A stretch of DNA of 64,000 nucleotides from Utricularia gibba. Its lineage: Eukaryota; Plantae; Magnoliophyta. Both the position numbers and the translations under genes were made by a program. A model generated the notes under the pieces. That model was given only the letters and a program-made list of their open reading frames with translations. It had not been told where the DNA came from and searched no databases. The stretch is from contig NEEC01000017.1 in assembly GCA_002189035.1 (NCBI GenBank), positions 620,001 to 684,000 of the forward strand. Reading direction: 5' to 3'. Below, one piece after another: positions 11,469 through 24,018 of this stretch; the stretch's first letter is position 1; each line of letters starts with the position of its first letter.

Positions 11469-14400
11469 TCAAAGCTTGTAATCCAGACCAGATCCATACT
11501 TCCAGGCATCAAGCTTCCTCTTCCACGCGTACCTCAACTTCGCCGGGAATCTGCCCAACGACGGCCTGCAAGATCAGTACTTGTGGTTGAGTCCCAAATC
11601 CGTGTGTCCGTTTTTAACTCATGCTTGAACTGAAAGCTTCTTACCGGATCAGTGGCTCCAGATACAAGGATAGAAAGGTGTACCAGCCCAGCATCACAAA
11701 GTGGCCTGACCAGTCGACCAGCACCGGAATGCCGACCTGCAGTATATGTGCTGTAGTTATTCCGCCATTATAGTGCAGCTCATGATATAGCCCTCTACCT
11801 GTTTGAATATTGAAGGAATGATCTGAGGTTTTGCCAGCATCACCATGCCCAATGTCTTGAGAAGAGGGCCAAACTGAACCACGTCCTGCATTCAGTCATG
11901 GATCCAATCCACTCAACTTGAGTATCAACAGTACTAGACTACATACGGAGAAGAAAGGAGACATCTTTGACCTGAAGAAACGGCCGAAGCACCTCGTCGC
12001 CTAGCTTCTGAAGAAGCAAGACAAGCACATATTTTAGTGAAGGTTACCGGTTACTGGTATGACAATCGGATTAGTCAGCCCACCTGCATGCTCTCAAAGT
12101 TGGCATACAAAAGCTCGTTGATGAATGTGGGAGGAACATCAGAGTCCTGCTTGGCTGACATGGCTCTTTGAAACAACCAGGAAGCGCTCAGGTTTGGCTG
12201 CAGGCATAAAAACAATCTGGTTAACTGATGTTTTTGCACCAGAGGAAAGGTGATTGCCGTACCATGTATGGATTTATCAGTGACAAGCTCTGTGCGTCAA
12301 GAAAATCATGGGTGACTGCTTCGTGCACGCCTTTTACCTCGTAAAGCAACATCAAAATTGTTTCAGGAAACAAGTATTTTATGCAAGCCAATCCATCCTT
12401 GAGTTTCTGATCAACTTTTCTAATGCCTTTACCGGATGATATTCTCCCAATATGCCTGGTCAAGCTCCCAAATCCACCAAAAGAAACAGGTGACTGCACC
12501 CCACTAGCATCTCCAAACTGTTCACTAATATGCATGGTTATCAATGAAATGGAGGCATGGAACTCAAAGGTATGAGGGAAAACTACCTGCAATACACGAT
12601 CAAAGGCTGCTGGCAGTGGACTGGAGCAGTTTTTCAAATAAAACAACATAGATGTATAGTAAGTTGAGAACACTGATAGAGTCTGATTACACATGGAAGC
12701 ATACAGCATCAAGAATTTGCCTGTCACGAAATGTAGGAAAGATGCCGTATATTACTCTGAGTATCTCCAGGCTTTCAAGAGGCACGCCCTGGAACATAAT
12801 TGGGAGGAACCAAAAGCTCAATGATACCACCTCATTTAACATCTGTGTGGGATCTGCAGTTTTAGTATAATACTTGATAAAGTGGCATAAGTTCCCAATA
12901 GTCCTCTAGCATATCTTCCAACAGGGGGCTGCTGGGCTCAGGGTTAAGGTAGGTGAACATATAAGTTGTTCGTTTTAGGGATCTGATCCAGCTGGGAATG
13001 CCTGAGATTAAAACATTATGTTGTATCAAGAGGATTTGTTAGCATGAGCGACACATGAACTATGTCATACCTCCCAAAAATAATGGGCTACTGACTTTCT
13101 TATAGTCTTCACTGAACCACTGCTGAATATCACATCACTACTAGTGTTGTTTGAGAATCCTCGAGAACAAGAACCGACTACAAGGCAGACACCATCTGGT
13201 TTCCTTCCATCGCGAATCTTCAAAACATAGAAACATGATTCTGAGAAGATGTATACATCTAATGGAAGCACAAGGGAGTTCCCTGACTACTATATACTCG
13301 GGAAAAAAAATGCCATCACTAGATAAACGAGAATGAAAGTCCTCTTCAACCATAAGATACTTAACTTGTCTCACAACAGGAGAGAAGTTTCCCATTGCAT
13401 CAATAACCAGACGAGATGACAAAACCTTTCCATCGATGAGTTGTAAGGCCTGTAGTTTGCAAAAACTTTGGTGAACTCATACAGCAATACTCAGGAACAC
13501 CACATTCTAATAATGCATGTGCTCAGCATATACTAAGTTCTTCAATCAAGAAATAAGTAAGCAAGCCAAATTCAATGGATAACAAGATCAAGCTAAGCTT
13601 CTGATTCATTTGTATAGGAAATTCTCTACTTTTGATGTTCCATCATCCAAGAAGAGCTAAAAAAGTTTCCAAACAATAGATATATCAGAACATGAATCCT
13701 CACTGCTGCATCATCATAAATTGTTATCTGAGAAACACCGCTGCCTTCAAACATGATACCACCAAGTGATGCAAAACGCTTCCTGACTATGTCGATGAGT
13801 TTCAAAGGCCTATCATGGACAGATACAAATGAAAATGAAACATCATCATATGGAAAAACCACATTAAAGAGGCCAATATTTTCAGTAAATCATTTGATGC
13901 CAGTGGAAAAACCAATTCAGTCCATAGTGAACTTACGACACACCAAGATTCAGAATGTCTGTAACCCAAATGTCACCTTTGCCTTCAAATCCACATCTAT
14001 TCTGCGAAAAAGAACAGTCACCAGGCAAGTTAGATACCTCAGACCACATAATTAAAATCCATCTATCTCACTCACAGGACAGACACGGCTACTTAGTCAA
14101 ACTAAGTAAAGGATACTTGGGACATCAGTAAAAAAAAAGGTTAAGAAGAGGGATGGCTTAAGGTGATGTTTATAAAGGAAAAAAAAGTACAGGATTGAAG
14201 CTGGACGAAATAATGTGATTAATATCCTCCTCCTCCAGCACGCCAACTTCAACAAGCTCGAAAAGCTCTTTTCTTGAGATATTCCACTCTTGTTCCCTCT
14301 GAACACAAGTAATCAGAGTATCAGCTACAAAGTTTGAGAAGTATCTAAGTCCACTTGTATGATGTTTTGCATTACCCCTCTCAAGATATCCCTTTCCACA

Positions 14401-15016
14401 ACTCCAACCCGGAGACCTTTATAACTCAAAGCGGTGGCAATAAAAATTCCTAAGGTGCCTCCGCATACTATAACATCCAAGTTTTCATTGCAACTTTTTG
14501 CTTGTTCAGATTCCAGAAACAAACCCGGAACCCTTGAAACCACCTGCAGGCGTTCTTGCACAACTACGAAAAATTACTAAAGTCAGTCTACCAAACCACA
14601 CTCTGCTTTTAACTACACTCTAGAAAAACAACATAATATGCAGTGACCTGATGGTGCATTGCATATGCTGGACCATAAGCTATCGAGTCTCTTCAAACCA
14701 TTGTACGAGTAAGAACCACCGGCGCCACCAACTTCCTGACTTGAGGGTAAACTCTCCATTATTCTCTGCGTATCAAGGCACTTTCCAAATCATTCTTCTA
14801 CTTAACATGAAGCAAATCCAGAACTAAAATTATAAAAATGTCTCTGAAATCAACAGAACAAATGATGAATAACCTAATCATTACCTGGGTTCTTGAAGGA
14901 GTGGTGGCCTGAATTTGCAGCCATTTTTTCCTTCTTGTTTGGGTCCGTGAAGTAGTTGTAAATGACCCATGAAAGAGCGAATGCGCCCCTTTCTGCAGTT
15001 GCATCATCACCTCCAT
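11469..15016 (-). CDS. CruP-like FAD-dependent lycopene-cyclase-family protein (plastid-targeted), multi-exon, one -1 frameshift at 12978-12980 and one GC-AG intron
   Basis: Hand-spliced: transit-peptide-like N-terminus, PSRTQRIMES, DVIVCGGTLGIFIATAL (Rossmann motif), REQEWNISRKEL, AFPAGS..RTTYMFTY, FGDASGVQSPVSFGGFGSLTRH, and AWKYGSGLDYKL* (stop 11469-11471). Confidence 0.88.
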
Positions 15017-15223
15017 GACGAAAAAACCTTGAAGCTTCAAAGTTTAGAGTACGAACTCTCCGGCTAGTCGCCGGGAAAGTGAACTCGCACCAGGTGTCAC
15101 GTGAATCACACATGACAAGTTCAGGAATGGTCCTTATTTAAATGGGATAAACCACGGCTTCGGCTCGACCACTCTTCCCAGGAAATTGGATAACGTTTCG
15201 TGCTGCCCCCATCTGGATCTGGG

Positions 15224-15233
15224 TTTAGGGTTT
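15224..15233. promoter_or_regulatory. Telo-box (AAACCCTAAA on minus strand) in the divergent CruP/pTAC18 promoter
   Basis: TTTAGGGTTT at 15224-15233. Confidence 0.35.
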
Positions 15234-15668
15234 TAAGGTTTGTCAACTCCGGCAGAAGCAATCTCTCATCTCTTAAACATCAGCTGTTACAATTTCTTGC
15301 ATGCTAGTCTGAAGTTCATCAGAAAAACACAATCTTTCGATTACCAGCTTTCTTAGATTCTTCTGTTTATCGAGCTTTAGTTGGCAATTCACAACACAAT
15401 CAACAGTGGCGTTTTGTAGGCTAGATTCTTTGGATTTTTATCCTTTAATTTCCATTATTTCTGGATGTCTGCACAATTTCAGTTCTTCTATTGCGTAGAA
15501 CCCTCGAACTGATTTGATTAAAGCTCCGTCATTTGCACAATGTGAATGTCTGTTTTGTTGTAAGGATTTAGCAGAGAGATATCATGGTACCTGCGACTAC
15601 TTGTTAGAAGTATGGCCGGCATTCCTTAATTCCTCCAATGTTTGGAATTCTGCAGAGCGCCTGGAGAT

Positions 15669-16097
15669 ATGTCCGGCATCACAACAGCTCAGTTGCTAAC
15701 CTCCTATACAAACCCAAGCTGCAGATCACCCAGAAGCTCGGTTGCTCGGATGGTACCACACCAAACAATACTAGCAATGAGGGCGGATAAGTCACTGGAG
15801 GAGCTGTACAATGTGAAGGTAGAGCATAAAGTATCCAAAGAGCGGCTGGCGACGCTCGGCGTCTCCCGGTGGTCCGTCTGGAAGACGGGTAAGTGCAGGC
15901 TGCCATGGGATTGGCAGGTTGATCAGCTCGTGTACATCGAGGAAGGGGAAGTAAGAGTAGTGCCGGAAGGGAGTGAGAGGTACATGAGATTCGTGGCTGG
16001 TGATCTGGTTCGTTACCCCAAGTGGTTCGAAGCTGATCTCTGGTTCAATGATTTCTATCAGGAAAGGTATAGCTTTCGTGCATATGGTGATGATTAG
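15669..16097 (+). CDS. PTAC18: Plastid cupin protein pTAC18-like (single coding exon)
   Basis: LEELYNVKVE..LGVSRWSVWKTGKCRLPWDWQVDQLVYIEEGEVRVVPEGS..F.AGDLVRYPKW.EADL.FN..Y.ERY.F.AY.DD is the pTAC18 cupin signature. Likely start is MSGITTAQ at 15669 (an in-frame ATG at 15642 is an alternative). Confidence 0.88.
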   Translation: MSGITTAQLLTSYTNPSCRSPRSSVARMVPHQTILAMRADKSLEELYNVKVEHKVSKERLATLGVSRWSVWKTGKCRLPWDWQVDQLVYIEEGEVRVVPEGSERYMRFVAGDLVRYPKWFEADLWFNDFYQERYSFRAYGDD

Positions 16098-17179
16098 TTC
16101 CTACCCTTCACTTGTAGCCAGCCACCTTTTTCCTTCTGAAGCCATGGATCCTGTCAGCTGTTTTTCTGGTTTTTAATCCATGGGACAGGATGCAAATGTT
16201 TAAGATCAACTATCATCATGATAATTACTTTTTAAACTTATATTTTTAAAATTATATAAGTTTAAATTTATGAATTTTATAAATCAAATGAATATTAATA
16301 AAACTCAAATATATAATAAACATAAATTATATTAAAAAAATTAGATTCAATCGATATTAATAATTTATAATTTATTATATATTTGATCATTTTGTTTTTA
16401 AATTTTAATGTAAAATTATTTGTTCTAATAACAATATAATATAATTTTTTTAATAATTATTACATAATTTCATTAAAATAAAAAATCATTATATTAGATA
16501 AATTATAGTTAGTCAGTTAATACAAAAGAATAAAAAAAAATTGTACTACTAAACAAGACGAGTTAGCAAAAACGTTACACACAAACAACAACAGCAATCA
16601 GACATGTAAGAAGGCAGAGAAACGAGAATGGACACTGGTATAAAAAAACTGCATCCATGCTGTTATCACTTCAGTCCTCATCACCAGCATCAGCTGCTTT
16701 GGTTTTCAACACGCACTCACTATTAAGCTCCCCTCCTGAGAAACACAACATATCCAATCAGCGCGGAAAACTCAAAAAGTTTGAAATCTGCAAAAGATAA
16801 AAAGGTGCTTAAATGTTCATGAAGCAATGCAGTTGGATCTAGAAAGTTGGTTTGACTGTCCTTGAGTTGTACTGAGTCACACTGGTGGTCATTGGATTGA
16901 ATGCTGGTTGTACAGTTGGTCTGTGTTGTGTGTGCATTGATGCGCATATAGCTCATGGTGACTCATAACTACATGGACCATAGAAGAGAAGCAAATACCA
17001 GTTTCAAGCTTATAACAAAAGCAAAGCCAAGGATCACCACAAAGAGAGAATCAGACTTTGCTGTTTAATTTTTTTAGTATTTTGGAGGCTATGATAAATG
17101 ATTCAACTGGACCAACACAATATCGGGAAATTAAGCTATGTAAATTGCTTAACTTAAATGAAATTACCTATTGAAGTAG

Positions 17180-18888
17180 CTATTGTCTCAATGTCCAGCT
17201 TAGTATGGATGCTAGACGATTTGCAGAGAGTCTCTGTAAGCACTTCTTGGCTCCGGTGAAATCAGCGTCGGCTAATCTCTGTAGATGGGGATAAGCACCG
17301 CTTGCCAGAAGCTTCTTCTTGCAGCTCTGACTCCCTCCAGCCATAACCGCAGCCACAATCGAAATAGGAAGCTTCTTTGATACTGAGTCATTATCGGGGT
17401 TCAACATCTGCACAAGTCTCATCAAGCTCTTCTCATCTCTTACAAATTCTTTCCTATTCGACTTCATGGATAACAGTGATATCAATGCTTTTGTGGCAAC
17501 CTCTTGCATACCATCAGGCTTCACAGATTCCATTAACTTCACAAGAGAACCCATGGAGCCACTGATGGCTATCTTGTTCCCATCGCTGATGGCCAGATTA
17601 GCAAGCAAAGAAGCAGATATATGCTGTAAAACAAGATTCCCACGCTTCACTAGCTCAGCAAGATGTAGAATGAAAGGGGTAGACCCAGATAAAACTCTAT
17701 AGCCCGCATCTGCGGTCGAGAGTGAATAGATAGCACGCAGAATGTGTTCTAAAGTATCAGAACCGGTGCATTCCAGAAATGTGTGAAGAAGTCTCTGCAA
17801 ACACTTTTCGTGTAGCAACAAACTGCGAAAATGGTCACTCGAAGATGCGAGAATCGATAAGCAGTTGGCTGATTTTCCCTGAACAGAAAGACTACCAGAA
17901 ACAAGTAACTGCATTAGAACAGGAAGGACATTTTCCTCAGCTAAGGCCAATCGAATATCTTGACTGATAGACACATTTCTTATCACGCCAGCTGCATAGG
18001 ATTGGGCTGCAAGTGAACCAGATTTGCACAATTCGATAATTATGGGAATACCTCCATATGCATTAATCGCCCAAGCATTATCAGGATCACTGGTGATGAA
18101 CTCCACTGCCATGGCAGCTTTTTCCTTTACGGGCATTGAACCAGAGTCAATTAGTCTCAGTAAAGGGCCCAACGCCCCTTGCTCAAACACACACTTCCGA
18201 GACAAGTCACCGGCGGCGACGAGCAAAGACACAGCAGAAACCGCAGATTCTCTAATGGAAAAGTCAGTATTCAGATCAAGCAAAGGAACAAGACAACCGA
18301 CATCTCCTTCCTGCGCTACAAGAATGGCTGACTTTTCATCCTCCAACAGAAACTCAACTAACGAATCCAACGCCTTCCGCTTGAAATCTAACCCCCGATC
18401 TGGAGCCTGGCAAAGAGGTCCTTTATAAAGAACGTAAGTTCTTCCTTGGAGGAATTCGCCTCGGGACGAGAAGGTACAATGGCGGTGGATTGACGGAGGA
18501 TGCCCGAGCGCAGGAGAACCTCGAGGTCATTAACGTGCTTCGACAGCCATCCAGCCGCCATATCGAGGTCCGATTGCATCAGAAGCTTTCCGCGACTGAT
18601 AGCGGAAGCATCGCTGCAAAAGCGCAAGAGAACTTCAACGCGGCACAGAGTGGCGAAAATGTCCGGCAGAAGTGGAACAAGCAACGGATTCTCGGACCAG
18701 TGAGCGGCGTCCGAGATTTCGGCAATGAGATGCTTCAGAGAAAGGAGCCTGTAGCGTATAAGCTGCCATCGGGAAGTGAAGCAAGTGACGGAAAGCGCGT
18801 CCGGGAGGAGGCGGGCCAACAAACCAGCTACCTCCTGAAGATTCTCCGGCGGGCAATGCGGCGGTGAAAGCGCGTCAGTTGAGTGCAT
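17180..18888 (-). CDS. Armadillo-repeat protein (single exon) with a -1 frameshift at 18392-18396
   Basis: RWQLIR..L, HWSENPLL..LLP, GKLLMQSDLDMA, LLRSG.LRQSTAIV, FFIKDLFARLQIGG, then LDFKRKALDSLVEFL after adding one G, followed by ARM repeats. Confidence 0.85.
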
Positions 18889-19143
18889 TCTGGTCCCCCG
18901 GCGCAAGATTTACCTTTACTTATCCTGCTTTAGTCAAGCATACGCCCGAAGGGGAGGTTATACCATACACGCCATGAGTGGGAAAAAAGGCAAGCGGTTA
19001 AACTGGCGCACAAAACAAGGGATGCAACAAAACCGCATTAACTTGGCTAATCACAAACGGTAATTACTTGTTTACAGTAATCCAATAATCGGAGATTAAA
19101 CATTTTCACCTTTTATGCTTTCCGTATTACTAAGCTCTATATG

Positions 19144-22100
19144 TCAAGAAGCAAGAACCATCACCTTGATGGTTCCTCTACTGTTGGCAGCTAACATGGT
19201 GGGGTTCTCAGCCTTCCAGCAAACTGCGCTGATGAAATAGGATCCAGCATCGTCTTCGCGGTCGTCGGCGTCCGGCGACCCGAATTTATGCCATGTTGCC
19301 GGTTTGGAGATGGCCTGCAACGACAAGAGTGAGCACATGGGTTTATGGTATACCTCTGATTATGGTTCAGTGCCTTATCTCAGAGACATGCTTGATCCAA
19401 AACACTAGTTATTCCCGCAGGGAAGCTCCACATTCCTTACCTTGTGGTAGACGAACACTTCATTTGTTTCACTGCCGCAAGCTAGAAACTCCTTGTTCAC
19501 AGCGAGGCCCACAAAATTCTTCTCATTTGTGTGTCCTCTAAAAGTGCGGACCTGGACGCATACGGTGACAGATTTAAAAAACTGACTTATGACGAGCAAC
19601 CTAGCATGAAAGTCAAGGTGTGCTCTGTCCATAGAGTGCTAAGAACTTACAGCGCAATTTTGCTTCACATCCCATAGCATTAGACTGCTGTCAGTTGAGG
19701 CGGAAGCAAGCTCGTTGCTGGACAGAAATTTAACGTACGAAACTGCCTTTGTGTGGCCACTGAATACATGGAGTGGATGGGAAGCGTTTCTCAAGTCATA
19801 GTAATGGATATGGTGATCAGCTGAACCGACCTGTAGAAGTGTGGGAAAAAAGGTGGCTAACCTTAGGAACTTGTAAAAAAAAAAAAAAAGGGCGGGAGTA
19901 CCATAGATGCATGTGAACTTGGAAAATACATGTACCGCAACAAATTTGCTGGAGTCTGGATTATACTTGACGCAGCATATATTTGCCTTCATATCAATGC
20001 TCAGAACGCTAGCTTCTTGCTTGGTACACCATATTTTGACCTGAAATTCTATACACGTTGACAAGAGGCGTCTAACATGCTTCAAATCCAACATCATTCT
20101 GTGTGTAAAAGTGTGGGAAAAAAGTGCCTGACCTTGCAGTCATCACTACCAGAAACCAGCATTGATGGTTCTGTTCGAGAAAAATCCACACTCCACGCAC
20201 GCTTTTCATGCTCCTCGTATTCCATGATGCTCTGCATAAACAGACGGAATTCTTCTCACACAATCCAGAGGAGTGATAGAATCCTAATTTGGACCCTAGT
20301 GTTTTAGCAAAACCTTGTATATAATACAACTATATACAACATTTTTTAGATCCACCTGTTGCTTAGTGACATCCCAAACAGTAACAATCCCCTCATAATC
20401 ACTGCTAGCTATAACACTTTTTGTGAACTTGTTCCAGCTCAAGCAGCTAAGTTTAGATCGCGTTGACATCTCCAAAGCTGGACGATGCACTTCTGACTCA
20501 TTGATAACCTACAAAATCAATGGTTTCCGATTAGGTGAACTATAGGAATCTCAAAACATTAGGTCGAGCAATACATCTCCACCAAGAATAGAAAAGATTT
20601 AGTGGATGACTGCACAGCAGAGGTCTAGTAACATATACATAAGATGAAACCAAGTAAGAGACCAGCATAATGAAACATACTGAAGAGTAATCAAAAACTT
20701 TTATTTGGCGTGAAACTCCAGCAGTAGCAAACTGCTCATCATCACGGTCAAACTCAATACTGAAATGTACAAGAAGCATAGTTTGTTACAAAGAGGAGCA
20801 AAAGGCAACTTAACCATGATAATTTATCGATGAATAAAAATAATTAAAATAAATCATACTGCAATACTTTCCAAGGTTTCTATCTTACCTCGAAACGATA
20901 TTGGCTGAATGGAAAATGTCTTCATGCCTAAGTTCAGCAATTACTCGTAATCGACTGATCAAAATAAAACAAGTAATTAACTCGAAATTATTTTAGTGGA
21001 AGTTCAGTCCTGAGATTATGAAATAACAATCTGTAGCCCACCTGAACCGAGTAAATGTGCTGAGTACGGACTGGAAATCCGCAAGGCTAGTGCTGTAGCC
21101 TTCTCTATTAGTAACACTATCATCATTCCTGTCTGGGTTGTCTAAGTGATCTACAGGCTGGCGTCTTCTTTGCAAGTAAAATTCTTGAAGTTCATTAAAC
21201 TGAAAGATATGAAGATTACACGAAAACACTTCAATGAAAATTCATTATACGTAGCACAGTTTTACTAGTGTACATTCAAAGTATTCACTAACCTGAGCAT
21301 GAATCCTCTTCTTCCGCATTACTGAGAACCCAGATTGGCTCATACTCTTCAAATTTGTTCCACAGGAAAAAGTATCTATGCCTGGCATTATGTGCTTGGC
21401 TTCAAAATTTGCCTCTTTTTCATTTCGCAGATTGCTCAAAGTAGGAAGTGCACCCTGTGTATCGTAAGAGTTCTGGGCATGATCATCAGAGAGCATTTTC
21501 ATTTTCATTGTATACCTATCCTGTGCTCGGTATAGGTCCATCCTGTGTTTTTCTACGGCCTTCAAGTCCTCCTTGATGCGTTGGAGGTCATTTTGAACCT
21601 AAAGAAACGAGAGCCCATGAGAGAAAATTCGATAATCTAAGTGCAGATATCCACTAACTGCTCATTACAATTCTTAGACTTTGAATCAGGTGTTATACGA
21701 ACCTCATCAAGCTCACTAACTTTTTGCTTTCTTAAGCATTGTAAGAACTCTAGAAGGATTTGCATGTTTCTCTCCGCTTCTTGCTGTTCTAGTTTTCTCT
21801 TTTTATCTAGCAACAGAGACAGCAGGGAGTCTAATTCCTTTATTGAAACTTCATGTCCCTGTCTAAGAAAAAACAGTCAGCCTCAGTAGGAAAGTTACAC
21901 AATAGTCCTGGATTTTATTTTTTTTCAAAAAAGTATTCTCGGGATCCATCCTTCGTATTGAGCACATAAACTGTCGAGAGCATCAATAGCATATGAGAAA
22001 ATTCACAAAAAAACAATAAATCTAACCACATCTTCAGATAAAATCTTAGCTTTTGCAGGACTCACACAATTTAAGATTGGTTGAAATCCGTTAATACGGT

Positions 22101-22621
22101 AAATAAAACTAGAATTGAATACAGCGTTGAAAGTGGAAAAGGGCACCTGTTCCAACAAATGTCGAAATTGTTCAACAGGAGATGCAAGCTTTGATTGTTG
22201 ATGGGCAGATGTCTTCATCAATAACTGCAATTTGTAACGTGGAAAACTAAAACCAATTGCGCGACCAGTGAAAGAATACCGTGAAGGATCAAAAATCAGT
22301 ATGGCATAATCACAAACATCAGAAGAAAAAGAGCTCACTAGCAACTGCAATCAAATATGCCATCATAAGCGGAATCCAACAATGAACAGAAAATTTATCG
22401 ACAAATTTTTCCAAGCAAAGAACCTTATCGAGCAAGAAATTTGGGAAAAGCTGAGCAGGGGTGAGGAACTGAGCGCAGCAAGGGCAGTCGCTCTTGTTCT
22501 GGAGATGAGTGAAGATACACATGTAGCAGAAGCTATGCCCACATGCGGTCAAAAATGCATCTCTAATGACCTGCATACATATAGGGCACAGGAACTCCCT
22601 TTCCGTCACCGTTTCAGCCAT
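19144..22621 (-). CDS. COP1: E3 ubiquitin ligase COP1 (RING, coiled-coil, WD40), 13 exons, intact
   Basis: [50 protein letters not shown] coiled coil, [59 protein letters not shown]. All exons splice in phase with GT-AG. Confidence 0.93.
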
Positions 22622-22959
22622 ACGGTCTCGCCGGGCACCGCCCCCTTTCCGTGATTCTCCGCCTCTGAATTAAGCTGAACCCCCGCGAATTATCAAATCC
22701 GTACAGTTTCAATTAGCCTTGTGATGTAAGCTTCACTTTTTAAAAAAATAATAATAAAATTCAAAATATAATGGTGCCACCACTCGCGTACGGCAGAGCT
22801 GAGCAGACTTCTATGCCCCTGCAACAAAACAACCATAACCGCCGAGATCCCTGCGTCCACGCCCTCCATCGGAATCTTGATCGAAGGAGAAGAAGATGTC
22901 TTGAGCTCAAGTTCTGGTTCAGCTTCACTATGCCTTCATTTCAGGCGAGGAGGAGGAGG

Positions 22960-23610
22960 ATGGCAGAGACGCCGTCGCCGCATTGGGAACCAAGTGCGAG
23001 ATCTACCGGACCTCTGGTGGAGGTTTTTCGGGAGCGTTCAAGCATCACTGCAAGGAATTGGCGATCAGATTCTCGTTACTAGCACGATGCCTCGAAGAGA
23101 TTGGGAACTTTGAGAAATTTCTTCTAGCAACCAAACAGGGATCTCCCTTTAGACCATTACGGTTAAAGGGGCATTGGTAACTTTGCTTTCTTTGGTGAAC
23201 ATCTCAGGTTGAGTTGGTCAGGAAGCAGGCAAGACGGGCTGCCATAGGCTTTCGTTGTCCAGATCTAAGCTGTTCACAAGTTTCTGGAAAGCAAGAAGGT
23301 TTTGTCGTCTGAATCCACGTGCAGCAGAAGATGTCTGGTTCATTGATTGTGTGGGTAGGCCAAATGCGCTTTTAAGGAGGGTATAATAGAAGAAAGGGAA
23401 GTGGAGATACTGGACTCCCATCACATTCCTCTTGGTTTCCTCTCTCCCATATCCCATGAAATCATGAAGGTTATCCATGACAGTTTCATCTGGTGAGTTC
23501 AATTCTGGTTCTGTACTGCGCTTGTTTTGAATTCTTCCTTGTTCATCTTTCAGCCGTCCAGTGGGCATTCGATTCAGAGATGCACAGTGAGTGGTGTGAA
23601 TACTGATAAA
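22960..23610 (+). pseudogene. Eroded U-box E3 ligase (PUB10/11-like) fragment: UND region and degenerate U-box, ARM repeats absent
   Basis: After an ATG at 22960 plus a frameshift: DAVAAL..IYRTSGGGFSGAFKHHCKELAIRFSLLARCLEEIG. An acceptor is followed by VELVRKQARRA (compare EQ|VELVRSQLRRA). IPLGFLSPISHEIMK plus shifted DPVTVSSGE (compare [24 protein letters not shown]), then SIQR. Stops and frameshifts throughout. Confidence 0.6.
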
Positions 23611-23699
23611 GCAATTATTTTGCAGCAATCATGTCAGTATCCAGGCCAAGCTTCCAATCCACCTCCAAGATTCATATTCCCTTCATTTTTTTTTTTCCA

Positions 23700-24018
23700 G
23701 AAATCGAAGCAGGACTAACCAGTGAGGCCAAAATCTTCAGCTCCACATACGAGGACACAATTTCCCACCGAAGCTGAAATAGAGGACCGCATCAGGCAAA
23801 AGGCATCACCAGCTCGGCGATTTGACCGGAATCAAGAAACACTTCAGCCGCGAACACGGCGAGAAGGAATGGAAAATGTGACAAGTTTTCCAAGAAACAT
23901 GCCGTTCAGTCCACCTGGAAAGCCCGCCGCAAGATTCACGGCACGAGGATGACAGAGCTTCATTGCGCACAGCTTTCTGCGACGCATTACCGGAGGAAAG
24001 CCCCCGGTTTGCGGCGTG
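23700..24018 (+). pseudogene. INDETERMINATE-DOMAIN (IDD/BIRD) C2H2 zinc-finger pseudogene
   Basis: Q*GQNLQLHIRGHNFPPKLK*RT (compare QRDQNLQLHRRGHNLPWKLKQRT), LGDLTGIKKHFSREHGEKEWK[+1]CDKFSKKHAVQSTWKARRKIHGTR, SFIAH[-2]AFCDALPEESPR. Nonsense codons at 23723-23725 and 23780-23782, with deletions. Confidence 0.8.

Noticed and set aside
18490-18867. Plus-strand ORFs antisense to the ARM gene (and similar ORFs at 11316-11633, 26482-26901 and 44698-45427)
   Set aside because: These are GC-rich shadows of well-supported opposite-strand coding exons with no motifs of their own.
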